A stretch of DNA of 64,000 bases from Magnetospirillum sp. WYHS-4 (GTDB lineage: Bacteria; Pseudomonadota; Alphaproteobacteria; Rhodospirillales; GLO-3): the NCBI GenBank assembly GCA_039908345.1, contig JAMOBD010000006.1, positions 2,329 through 66,328 of the forward strand. Direction: 5' to 3'. Made by a program: the position numbers and the translations under genes. The notes under the pieces are model-generated. The model was not told the origin of the DNA, did no database searches, and saw only the letters and a program-made list of their open reading frames with translations. Positions 1 through 9,041 of the stretch are shown here, piece after piece (position 1 is the first letter of the stretch; every line of letters starts with the position of its first letter).

Positions 1-515
1 CCTTCGCGAGCGGCGAACAGGGTCTGGTAGTCGTTCCGGTCCCGCCCGTCCGCCCTGCCGCCCCGGATATAGGGCGGAATGGGCAGGCGGCCGTATGCCT
101 CCAGTGCCGCCACCAGATCGCCGCCTTCCCGGTCGAAGGCGAGCGTCACCTCGCCGGCTTCGCCCTTTTCCGCCACCCTGGCGGAAAAGTCCGGCGCGAA
201 CGCGACGGTATCGCCCGGCTTCAGCTTCTTGGCCGGCTTGGCGAAGGCGCGCCAGCGCCCGGGACCGTCTTGACGGTGCAAGGTCAGTTCCACCTTGGCC
301 TCGCCGCGCCGGCCGGACAGGCTGGCGGGGATGACGCGGGTGTCGTTGAGCACCAGAAGATCGCCCGGGCGCAGCAGGCCCGGCAGGTCCCGCACCCCTC
401 GGTCGGCCAAACCCGCCGCCGCCACATGCAACAGCCGCGCGGCATCCCGCGGCTGCGCGGGCCGCTGGGCGATGAATTCGCGGGGCAGATCGAAATCGAA
501 GGCGTCGACTTTCAT
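1..515 (-). CDS. queA: S-adenosylmethionine:tRNA ribosyltransferase-isomerase QueA, N-terminal part (gene runs off the window start)
   Basis: Not in the ORF track because there is no stop inside the window. My reverse-strand translation from the ATG (CAT at 513-515) reads MKVDAFDFDLPREFIAQRPAQPRDAARLLHV..., the canonical QueA N-terminus. Confidence 0.8.
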   Translation of the reverse strand, partial: MKVDAFDFDLPREFIAQRPAQPRDAARLLHVAAAGLADRGVRDLPGLLRPGDLLVLNDTRVIPASLSGRRGEAKVELTLHRQDGPGRWRAFAKPAKKLKPGDTVAFAPDFSARVAEKGEAGEVTLAFDREGGDLVAALEAYGRLPIPPYIRGGRADGRDRNDYQTLFAARE

Positions 516-562
516 GACGGCCGGGATGCTACCAGCCCCCGTCGCCCAGCCGAACTGGATTT

Positions 563-1594
563 TCAGATCGCCGGGGAACAACGTCGATACAAGTCCGGCG
601 CGTCGGCGCGCCGCAGCCGTTCCACCTGCCCTTCGCCCATCAGGAAGTGCAGGTGGGCGAGGCTTTCGCCGATGGCGAAAAAAAGCTGATGGTCATCCAG
701 GTCGCGACGGAACAGGCGGCGCAGGATATCGACGGCGGTGCGAGGTTCGGCGCAGGCTTCCAGGGTTTCGGCCAAGCGGGCGTCGTGATGGCGGGCAAGC
801 TGTTCCAGGCGCGTGGACAGGCCGCGGAAAGGCCTGTCGTGGCTGGGCAGCACCAGGGTGTCGCCGGGCAACGTCCGGAAGGATGAAAGGCTGTCCAGGA
901 ACAACCGTAGCGGATCGGCTTCCGGCTCCTGCGGCCAGACGCTGATGTTGGGGCTGATGCGCGGCAGTACCTGGTCGCCCGAGATCAGCACTCCCGCCTC
1001 CGCGCAGTACAGGGCGGCATGCTCGGGCGAATGGCCGCGGCCGACGATGACCCGCCAAGTCCGGCCGCCGACCGGGACTTCGTCGCCGTCGTTCAGACGA
1101 CGATAGGCGGCCGGAATGGGATGGACCCGCTCCGGATAGGGGTTGCCGCGCGTCTCCATCACGGCCATGGCCTTGGCATCGAACCCGGCGGCTCCGTAGA
1201 AGCGCCGGAAGTCGGGCATGCAGGCGCCATCCGTGTCGAGTGCCAGCATGCGCCCGGTGGCCCATTCGCCCAGGGTCATCCACAATTCCGTCCCGAAGCG
1301 CTGGCGCAGCCAGCCGGCGAGGCCCAAATGGTCGGGATGGAAGTGGGTGACGATCATCCGCCGGAGCGGTCGCCCGCCGAACAGGCGCCCGGCAAGTTCC
1401 CCCCACGCGGCGCGGCATTCCGACAGGTCGATGCCCGTATCCACGGCGCACCAGCCGTCGCCGTCTTCCAGCAGCCAGAGATTGATGTGATCGAGCTTGA
1501 AGGGCAGCGGCTGGCGGTGCCAGAGAATGCCCGGCGCGACCTCGGCGGTTTCGCCCAGCAACGCCGGAGCGGCGGCGATCGTCTCGATATTCAG
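563..1594 (-). CDS. MBL-fold metallo-hydrolase
   Basis: Last ~343 codons of ORF 563..2521, with the HxHxDH zinc motif (VTHFHPDHLG) and GRGHSPEH. The upstream 300 codons of that ORF are a GC-driven read-through over the neighbouring gene. There is no ATG. Start set at CTG 1594, which overlaps the upstream stop; a TTG ~30 nt downstream is also possible. Confidence 0.7.
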   Translation of the reverse strand: MNIETIAAAPALLGETAEVAPGILWHRQPLPFKLDHINLWLLEDGDGWCAVDTGIDLSECRAAWGELAGRLFGGRPLRRMIVTHFHPDHLGLAGWLRQRFGTELWMTLGEWATGRMLALDTDGACMPDFRRFYGAAGFDAKAMAVMETRGNPYPERVHPIPAAYRRLNDGDEVPVGGRTWRVIVGRGHSPEHAALYCAEAGVLISGDQVLPRISPNISVWPQEPEADPLRLFLDSLSSFRTLPGDTLVLPSHDRPFRGLSTRLEQLARHHDARLAETLEACAEPRTAVDILRRLFRRDLDDHQLFFAIGESLAHLHFLMGEGQVERLRRADAPDLYRRCSPAI

Positions 1595-2355
1595 TGGATA
1601 TCCTTCCTGACCTTTTCCTGGGTCACGATCCACTTGAGTTCTTCCTTGATGACGTCCAGGTGGCGGCTGGGTTCGGCGCGCAGGACCGCCGAGATGATGG
1701 CCAGACGCACCGCCATCGGCATGCGGGTGAAGTTCTCCAGCATCAGGAACTTGATGCTGGGGCGAATGCTTTCCGACAACAACAGCGAGACCACCAGCTT
1801 CTTGCGGATTTCGTTGCGCAGATTGCCGGCCTCGGTCAACTCGAAGAACTCGCGCACGAACTGGCGCGGCGCGATGACGCCTTCCATCAGGGCCGTGAGG
1901 TTCTGGCGCAGCGCCGTCGAATATTCGGCGCGCGCCGTCATCACCATGCGCGAGGCCTGGCGCCGCACCGCCGAGATGGCGGCGGGGTCGAAGTCGTGTT
2001 CGGTAATCAGTTCCACGCACTTGCGCACCGTCGGATGGCGGGTCGCCTCGCCCACCAGGCCGAAGACCCCGCCCAGCAGCTTCTTCCGCCCGCCCAGCGG
2101 CCCCATGCGGGCGGCGGCGGCCAGAGCCATGGGCGGTTCCGGGTCGCGAGTCGCCATCACGGCTAGCGGCAAAGGGTCGTCGAACTCCTGCAGGTCCAGG
2201 TTGCTGTTGAGCAGAAGTTCCGGGACCAGGATGCGGCTGCGATCGCCGGGCACGCAGATGGGCTCCCCGGTGCGGTATCCTTCCTTGATCTCCAAGGCGA
2301 GGCGGATACCGTCCTGGGTGATGCCCAGTTGCGAGACCAGCGAGCTTTCGCTCAT
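1591..2355 (-). CDS. hypothetical protein (no family recognised), translationally coupled between the HTH and MBL genes
   Basis: ORF 1591..2424 trimmed to MSESSLVSQLG... at 2355, whose ATG overlaps the stop of the upstream HTH gene (ATGA). Codon usage resembles its neighbours. Confidence 0.55.
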   Translation of the reverse strand: MSESSLVSQLGITQDGIRLALEIKEGYRTGEPICVPGDRSRILVPELLLNSNLDLQEFDDPLPLAVMATRDPEPPMALAAAARMGPLGGRKKLLGGVFGLVGEATRHPTVRKCVELITEHDFDPAAISAVRRQASRMVMTARAEYSTALRQNLTALMEGVIAPRQFVREFFELTEAGNLRNEIRKKLVVSLLLSESIRPSIKFLMLENFTRMPMAVRLAIISAVLRAEPSRHLDVIKEELKWIVTQEKVRKDIH

Positions 2356-2768
2356 GCCACGCCCCGCAGGGTGCCTTCGCGGCCCAGTGCCGTCCGGCGC
2401 AGGACCTGGGCGTTGGCCTGCCACCAGGACTGGAACATCTTGACGCCCTGGATGATGGCGGCGGCGGGAAGCTCGGTATTGACCTCTTCCTGCTCCTTGA
2501 GGCAGCGCCTCGCTTCCTCAAGGTGTTCGTCCAGCCAAGCGGCGGGACGGCCGGTGGCCTCGTGGGCGCGCTTGAGCTCCTCCAACTCCTCCAGCCAACT
2601 CGCCAGCAGCAGAGTCAGGAAGGCCAGGGTCGCCGCCGGCACCCGCGCCCGCCCGGTGCGCCATTTGCTGATGGTCGGCGGCGTGACCCCGATGATGGAG
2701 GCCAGCTCCTTGCCCGTCACATGAGACTCTTCGAGTCCATCGAATACCGGAAACGCCATGTCTTTCAC
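2352..2768 (-). CDS. XRE/Cro-type helix-turn-helix DNA-binding protein
   Basis: ORF 2352..2768. HTH signature VTGKELASIIGVTPPTISKWRTGRARVP followed by a helical C-terminal part. Confidence 0.65.
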   Translation of the reverse strand: MKDMAFPVFDGLEESHVTGKELASIIGVTPPTISKWRTGRARVPAATLAFLTLLLASWLEELEELKRAHEATGRPAAWLDEHLEEARRCLKEQEEVNTELPAAAIIQGVKMFQSWWQANAQVLRRTALGREGTLRGVA

Positions 2769-3009
2769 CCCCCATGGGATTCGCTCGATTCTTTACTCGT
2801 GTTAACCAAACCCGAGTCGCGGGCAAACTGTTTTTTGCGTCGATTCGTCATAGATGCCACAACATATGGGCTAAGTGCTTGAAGAGACTCTTCGATTAAC
2901 GCGGATATTTCTGCGTCTTGACAAGTCGTTTAAGCCAGGGATTCCGCTGATTAATCTTGTCAACATGAAGAATCGACGGCGAATCGCAGGCCTGTGGTAT
3001 AAGCCAGGC

Positions 3010-3894
3010 ATGCGGATCGGCATCGACCTGGGTGGCACGAAGATCGAAGGCATCGCGCTGGACGGCGCGGGGCGCGAATTGGCACGCCGACGGATCGCGA
3101 CCCCCCGGGACGACTACGCGGCCACGGTGGGGGCGGTGTGCGACCTGGTCCTCGGGGTCGAGCGGGAGGCCGGGTGCGTTCCCGGGTCGGCAAGCGTCGG
3201 GGTGGGCATTCCCGGTACTGTCTCGCCGGCCACCGGTCTGGTCAAGAACGCCAATTCCACATGGCTGATCGGCAAGCCGCTCGACCGAGACCTCGCGGCG
3301 ATCCTGGGGCGGCCGGTGCGCTTGGCCAACGATGCCAATTGCTTCGCTGTCTCGGAAGCCGCCGACGGCGCCGGCGCCGGCAAGCCGGTGGTCTTTGGCG
3401 TCATCCTGGGCACCGGGGTGGGCGGCGGGGTGGTGGTGGATGGCCGGCCGCTCGTCGGCGCCAACGCCATCGCCGGGGAATGGGGCCACAATCCCCTGCC
3501 CTGGCCGCGGGACGAGGAACGGCCCGGCCTGCCCTGCTACTGCGGGCGCAAAGGCTGCATCGAGACATTCCTGTCCGGCCCCGGCCTGGAACGCGACCAC
3601 GGCGGTGGCCTTTCGGCTGCCGGGATCGCCCGCGCCGGCGACGCGGCGGCAGAGGCGGCACTGGCCCGCTACGAAGACCGCCTGGCCCGCGCGCTGGCGA
3701 CCGTCATCAACCTCATCGATCCCGACGCCATCGTCCTGGGCGGCGGACTGTCCAACCTGGACCGCCTTTACGAGACGGTGCCCCGGCTCTGGCAGGACTG
3801 GGTGTTCTCGGATCGTGCCGACACGCCGCTGCTCAGGAACCTTCACGGGGATTCCAGCGGCGTGCGCGGTGCCGCTTGGCTCTGGCCCGCCTGA
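3010..3894 (+). CDS. ROK-family sugar kinase (fructokinase / N-acetylglucosamine kinase-like)
   Basis: ORF 2875..3894 trimmed to [14 protein letters not shown] (ATP-binding DxGGT). ROK zinc motif GEWGH...[10 protein letters not shown]. Confidence 0.8.
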   Translation: MRIGIDLGGTKIEGIALDGAGRELARRRIATPRDDYAATVGAVCDLVLGVEREAGCVPGSASVGVGIPGTVSPATGLVKNANSTWLIGKPLDRDLAAILGRPVRLANDANCFAVSEAADGAGAGKPVVFGVILGTGVGGGVVVDGRPLVGANAIAGEWGHNPLPWPRDEERPGLPCYCGRKGCIETFLSGPGLERDHGGGLSAAGIARAGDAAAEAALARYEDRLARALATVINLIDPDAIVLGGGLSNLDRLYETVPRLWQDWVFSDRADTPLLRNLHGDSSGVRGAAWLWPA

Positions 3895-4076
3895 CCGGAA
3901 AAATCTTCACTCCCGACCCGGCAAATTCTTCCCAGGCGGCAAGTTCTTCCTCCTCTCCCTTATGGTTAATATCTTGTTTATCAAGGCTTCCGGCGCTGGC
4001 ACGGGGGTTGCGCTTGCAATGGGGAGGAAACAGGCCCCCGCTGGGACGAGGGGCCCGGACAGGAAGGACCAATACC

Positions 4077-4817
4077 GTGAAGCCCGAAACGGAAATCACC
4101 CGCTCCCCGCAGTCCGGCGAACCGACCAGCCAGGGCGACCTGGTCGCCAGCGTGACCTTGCTCGCCGAAGGTGCCGCCCGGATGGCCTGGGAGGGCCTCC
4201 CCGACGCTCCCCAATTGGCGCAATTGGCCGACCGCGCCTTGGCCTCCGCTGCCGAAGCGGAAGCCCGCTTGGCCGAACAAATGAGCCGCATCGTCGAACT
4301 GGAGCGCCTGGCGCTCACGGACGAACTGACCGGCATCTTGAACCGGCGCGGCTTCCAGCGCGAACTCACCCACGCCCTGGCCGCCGCGCGGCGCTACGAC
4401 GAAAAGGGCGTGCTGGTCTACGTGGACCTGGACGGCTTCAAGCCGATCAACGACACCTACGGCCATGCCGCCGGCGACGAGGTTCTCCGCAGGGTGGCCC
4501 GCATCCTGCAAGACAACGTGCGCGACACCGACGCGGTGGGGCGCATGGGCGGCGATGAATTCGCGGTGCTGCTGGCCCGCAGTTCCTGGGAAGACGGGTT
4601 GCGGCGAGCCGAGGCCCTCGACCGGGCGCTGAACAATGCCTTCATCGGTTGGGAAGGTCGCATGATCGCCATCCGCGCCAGCCTGGGCATCCAGGTCTAC
4701 GGCAACCAGGACGAAGACCAGGCGCTCCTCGAGCGCGCCGACGAGGACATGTACAAGTCGAAGCGGCTGCGTTCCGAGATCGGCAACCGGCGGGACGCCG
4801 GCCGGGCCCGGAACTGA
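4077..4817 (+). CDS. GGDEF-domain diguanylate cyclase
   Basis: 3' part of ORF 3138..4817. GTG start at 4077 preceded by AGGAAGGA. Motifs LTGILNRRGF and RMGGDEFAVLL. Confidence 0.8.
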   Translation: MKPETEITRSPQSGEPTSQGDLVASVTLLAEGAARMAWEGLPDAPQLAQLADRALASAAEAEARLAEQMSRIVELERLALTDELTGILNRRGFQRELTHALAAARRYDEKGVLVYVDLDGFKPINDTYGHAAGDEVLRRVARILQDNVRDTDAVGRMGGDEFAVLLARSSWEDGLRRAEALDRALNNAFIGWEGRMIAIRASLGIQVYGNQDEDQALLERADEDMYKSKRLRSEIGNRRDAGRARN

Positions 4818-4842
4818 AGCTGCCCGGGCAGGGGGAGACGCC

Positions 4843-5448
4843 ATGAAGATCGATCGCAACGCCAGCTACCTGGATCTGTTCAGCAGCCACAGCCTGCGGA
4901 GCCCGGCAGCCGTCGATCCCTCCCCCGCTCCGCCGCCGGCTCCCCAGCCCGACCTTCCCCCGATCGGCAAATCGCTGGTCAAGCTGGAGGCCGAGGCGGA
5001 CACCTCGGCCGGCGGGCGTTCGGACCTTCCCGCCGTCACCACCCCACCTCCCCTGCCCATCGCCACCGGAGAGGTGGAAACCGTCCCCAGCCGGGCCGAG
5101 GAAGGGCCACTGGCGGATATCCTGCGCGGTGTCAACGTCCGCCGCATGTCGCCCCGCGAGATGGCGAACTTGAGCCAGGATCTTTACGCCGCCGGAGTCT
5201 TGAGTTGGGACGAGTATTCCATGCTGGCCTACCAGTCGGAACTGCAACCCGGCTACGACCGCACCGTGGGCGCCCTGACCGGCCAGCCAGCCCAGCCCGA
5301 CAAGCCGCGCGACTTCATTGCCCTGTGGGAGGACCGCCTAGCCTTCGAGGAACGCCACAACCCGGCCGACAGCCGCCAGATCCAGACCAGCCGCCACATC
5401 CTGACGGTGCTCAAGCAGATCGCCTCGCCCACCAACTTCGTGGTCTAA
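4843..5448 (+). CDS. hypothetical protein with a proline-rich N-terminal half
   Basis: ORF 4843..5448, 25 nt after the GGDEF gene. No recognisable family. Confidence 0.5.
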   Translation: MKIDRNASYLDLFSSHSLRSPAAVDPSPAPPPAPQPDLPPIGKSLVKLEAEADTSAGGRSDLPAVTTPPPLPIATGEVETVPSRAEEGPLADILRGVNVRRMSPREMANLSQDLYAAGVLSWDEYSMLAYQSELQPGYDRTVGALTGQPAQPDKPRDFIALWEDRLAFEERHNPADSRQIQTSRHILTVLKQIASPTNFVV

Positions 5449-5481
5449 AGTCGATTCGATCCAAACGGCAATTGCTTCAGG

Positions 5482-8400
5482 CTACCCTGCCGGCTGCATG
5501 GTGACCAGCAGGTCCTTGGCGTCGACGGCGTCGCCCGAGGCCACATGAACCCGAACCACCGTCCCGTCGCATTCGGCGCGCACGGCGGTTTCCATCTTCA
5601 TCGCTTCGACGGCCAGCAGCACGTCGCCGCGCGCCACCGTCTGGCCGACCAGGACGGCCACGCTGACCACCGTTCCGGGCATGGGCGCTCCCACTTCGCA
5701 GGGATTGCCCTCGGCCGCCTTGGGGCGGGCATGGCGGGTCGGCGTGCGCGAACGGTCGACGACCCGAACGGAACGCGGCTGGCCGTTCAATTCGAAGAAG
5801 ACGGTGGCCTCGCCCGCATCGTCGGCCGGGCTTTTGGCCAGGTAGCGGACGATCAGGGTCTTGCCGGCGTCGATATCCAGCATGATCTCCTGTTCCGGCA
5901 CCATGCCGTGGAAGAAGACCGGGGTCGGCAGGACGCTCACGTCGCCGAAAGACTTCAGGTGCTCGGCGTACTCCAGAAACACCTTGGGATACATCAGCCA
6001 GGAGGCGAGATCGTTGTCGTCGATCTGGCGGCCGACCTTGTGTTCCACCTGAGCCTTGACGGCATCCAGATCGACCGGCCTCAGCACCTCGCCGGGCCGC
6101 ACCGTCAACGGCGTCTCGCCCTTCAAGACCTTCTTCTGCAAGGCCTCGGGGAAGCCGCCCACCGGCTGGCCCATCTCGCCCTTGAAGAACGAGACCACGG
6201 ATTCCGGGAACGCGATCTCGCGCGCCGGGTCCATGACCATTTCGGGGGTCAGGCTGTTGGTCACCATCATCAGCGCCATGTCGCCCACCACCTTGGATGA
6301 CGGGGTCACCTTGACGATGTCGCCGAACATCTCGTTGACCTGGGCATAGGCGCGGGCGATGTCGGGCCAGTGCTTTTCCAGACCCAGGGAGCGGGCCTGT
6401 TCCTTCAGGTTGGTGAACTGGCCGCCCGGCATCTCGTGCAGGTAGACCTCGGAGGCGCCGGAGTACTGGTGCGCCTCGAAGGCGCCGTAGTTCTTGCGCA
6501 CTTCCTCCCAGTAGGTGGAGACGGACCGGATGGCTTCCGCCGCCAGGCCGGTATCCCGCGGATGGCCGCGCAGCGCCTCGACGATGGACCCCAGGCAGGG
6601 CTGCGAGGTGGTGCCGCTCATGGAATCCATGGCGGCGTCCACCGCGTCGCAGCCCGCTTCCACCGCCGCCAACACGCTGGCGGCGCTAAGGCCGCTGGTG
6701 TCATGGGTGTGGAAATGGATGGGGATGCCGATCTCGTCCTTCAGGGCCTTGACCAGCAGGGTGGCGGCATGGGGCTTCAGCAGGCCGGCCATGTCCTTGA
6801 TGCCCAGGATGTGGGCGCCGGCCTTTTCCAACTCCTTGGCCATGGCGACGTAGTATCCCAGGCTGTACTTGGTGCGCCTGGGGTCCTGGATGTCGCCGGT
6901 ATAGCAGATGGCGGCCTCGCAAAGCTTGCCGGTCTCGCAGACGGCGTCCATGGCGACACGCATGTTCTCGACCCAGTTGAGCGAGTCGAAGACCCGGAAC
7001 AGGTCCATGCCGGCTTCCGCCGAACGCTTGACGAAGAACTTCACCACGTTGTCGGGGTAGTTGGTGTAGCCGACGCCGTTGGCCGAACGCAGCAGCATCT
7101 GGGTCAGCAGGTTGGGCAGGCGTTCGCGCAGGTTCGCCAAACGCTCCCAGGGGTCCTCCTTGAGGAAGCGCATGGCCACGTCGAAGGTCGCGCCCCCCCA
7201 GCATTCCAGGGACAGCAGTTCCGGCAGCAGCCGCGCGTAGGCGGGCGCCACGGCCAGCATGTCGTGGCTGCGCATGCGGGTGGCGAGCAGGGACTGATGG
7301 GCGTCGCGCATGGTGGTGTCGGTGACGAAGACCCGCCGCCCGGCTTCTTCCAGCATCCACTTCGAAAAGCCTTGGGCGCCCAGTTCGTCCAGCTTCTGGC
7401 GCGTGCCGGCTTCCCAGCCTTCGGCCAGGGGGCCGGGCAGGGTGGGGGCGACGAAGGCGTCGGGGGCCTTGCGGCCCTTCACCTCGGGATTGCCGTTGAC
7501 CATCACCTCGCCGATGAAATTCAACAGGCGGGTGGCGCGGTCGCGGCGCTTGGGGATGTGGAACAGCTCCGGCGTGTCGTCGATGAAGGTGGTGATGTAG
7601 TCGCCTTCGACGAAGCGCGGATGGTTCACCACGTTTTCCAGGAAACGCAGGTTGGTCTTCACCCCGCGCACCCGGAATTCGCGGAGCGCGCGATCCATGC
7701 GGAAGACGGCATCCTGGGCGTCCTGAGCCCAGGCGGTCACCTTGACCAACAGGCTGTCGTAGGACCGGGTGATGCGCGCACCCGTGTAGGCGGTGCCGGC
7801 GTCCAGGCGGATGCCGAAGCCGGCCGGGCTGCGATAGGCGGTGATCTGGCCGTAGTCGGGGGCGAAGTCGGACTCCGGGTCCTCGGCGGTGACGCGGCAC
7901 TGCAGGGCATGTCCCATCAAGGGGATGTCCTTTTGCGCCGGCAGGCCGCTGCCGGCCTCGCCGATCTTCTTGCCTTCGGCGACCAGGATCTGGGACCGGA
8001 TCAGGTCGTAGCCGGTGACGCATTCGGAAACCGTGTGTTCCACCTGGATGCGCGGATTGACTTCGATGAAGTAGAAGGCCCCGGTGTCGGCGTCCTGCAG
8101 GAATTCCACCGTACCGGCGTTGCGATAGTCGGCGGCGCGGGCCAGCTTCAGGGCGTAGGCCGTCAACTCGTCGCGCTGGCTCGCAGTCAAATAGGGGGCG
8201 GGGGCGCGCTCCACCACCTTCTGATGGCGGCGCTGGACCGTACAGTCGCGCTCGTGGAAATGAACCACGTTGCCATGGGCGTCGCCCAGGATCTGCACTT
8301 CCACGTGGCGGGCACGGCGCACCAGCTTTTCCAGGTAGACCTCGTCGTTGCCGAAGGCCGCCTTGGCCTCGCGCCGGGCAGCCGCCACGCTGTCCAGCAG

Positions 8401-8949
8401 GGAATCCGCGCCTTCGACCACGCGCATGCCCCGCCCGCCACCGCCCCAACTCGCCTTAATCATCACCGGATAGCCGACCTTTCCGGCCACCGCCAATATC
8501 TCCTTGCCGTCGGCGGGCAGCGGATCGGTGGCCGGCATGACCGGGATACCGGCCTTGATCGCCATCTCGCGGGCCAGCACCTTGTTGCCAAGCGCCCGCA
8601 TGGTCTCGGGCGTCGGGCCAACGAAGATCAGCCCGCCGGCCGCGCAGGCCTCGGCGAAGTCGGGGTTCTCGGCCAGGAAGCCGTAGCCGGGATGGATGGC
8701 CTGGGCCTTGGCTTCGTGGGCGATGCGGATGATGTCGGGGATGTCCAGATAGGCCTCGACCGGCTTCTTGCCTTTGCCCACCATGTAGCTTTCGTCCGCC
8801 TTGTAGCGGTGCAGGGCGAAGCGGTCTTCCTGGGAATAGATGGCGACCGTCTGGATGCCCAGTTCGGTGGCGGCGCGCATGACGCGAATGGCGATCTCAC
8901 CCCGGTTGGCGACCAGGATCTTCCGGATTCCGCCCTGACGGTGCCTCAT
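5482..8949 (-). CDS. pyc: pyruvate carboxylase
   Basis: ORF 5482..9000 trimmed to MRHRQGGIRKILVANRGEIAIR. Biotin carboxylase, carboxyltransferase (HFHTHDTSG) and biotinyl (EAMKME) modules in a ~1155-aa chain. Confidence 0.95.
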   Translation of the reverse strand: MRHRQGGIRKILVANRGEIAIRVMRAATELGIQTVAIYSQEDRFALHRYKADESYMVGKGKKPVEAYLDIPDIIRIAHEAKAQAIHPGYGFLAENPDFAEACAAGGLIFVGPTPETMRALGNKVLAREMAIKAGIPVMPATDPLPADGKEILAVAGKVGYPVMIKASWGGGGRGMRVVEGADSLLDSVAAARREAKAAFGNDEVYLEKLVRRARHVEVQILGDAHGNVVHFHERDCTVQRRHQKVVERAPAPYLTASQRDELTAYALKLARAADYRNAGTVEFLQDADTGAFYFIEVNPRIQVEHTVSECVTGYDLIRSQILVAEGKKIGEAGSGLPAQKDIPLMGHALQCRVTAEDPESDFAPDYGQITAYRSPAGFGIRLDAGTAYTGARITRSYDSLLVKVTAWAQDAQDAVFRMDRALREFRVRGVKTNLRFLENVVNHPRFVEGDYITTFIDDTPELFHIPKRRDRATRLLNFIGEVMVNGNPEVKGRKAPDAFVAPTLPGPLAEGWEAGTRQKLDELGAQGFSKWMLEEAGRRVFVTDTTMRDAHQSLLATRMRSHDMLAVAPAYARLLPELLSLECWGGATFDVAMRFLKEDPWERLANLRERLPNLLTQMLLRSANGVGYTNYPDNVVKFFVKRSAEAGMDLFRVFDSLNWVENMRVAMDAVCETGKLCEAAICYTGDIQDPRRTKYSLGYYVAMAKELEKAGAHILGIKDMAGLLKPHAATLLVKALKDEIGIPIHFHTHDTSGLSAASVLAAVEAGCDAVDAAMDSMSGTTSQPCLGSIVEALRGHPRDTGLAAEAIRSVSTYWEEVRKNYGAFEAHQYSGASEVYLHEMPGGQFTNLKEQARSLGLEKHWPDIARAYAQVNEMFGDIVKVTPSSKVVGDMALMMVTNSLTPEMVMDPAREIAFPESVVSFFKGEMGQPVGGFPEALQKKVLKGETPLTVRPGEVLRPVDLDAVKAQVEHKVGRQIDDNDLASWLMYPKVFLEYAEHLKSFGDVSVLPTPVFFHGMVPEQEIMLDIDAGKTLIVRYLAKSPADDAGEATVFFELNGQPRSVRVVDRSRTPTRHARPKAAEGNPCEVGAPMPGTVVSVAVLVGQTVARGDVLLAVEAMKMETAVRAECDGTVVRVHVASGDAVDAKDLLVTMQPAG

Positions 8950-9041
8950 GACGACTCCTGCGGCCCTGCGGCCGTCCCACGGGTTGGGGCTTTTGTGCAA
9001 GTGCGAAATATGCTTCGAGATGAAGCCTCGCGCAACAGGAA

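Noticed and set aside
1595-2521. N-terminal 300 codons of the 652-aa ORF 563..2521
   Set aside because: This part overlaps, in another frame, the 1591..2355 and 2352..2768 genes and translates to Arg/Pro/Gly-rich nonsense. Only the MBL-fold C-terminal part is credible.
3138-4076. 5' extension of the 559-aa ORF 3138..4817
   Set aside because: It overlaps the ROK kinase gene out of frame and has a low-complexity translation. The GGDEF protein starts at GTG 4077 behind a good ribosome-binding site.
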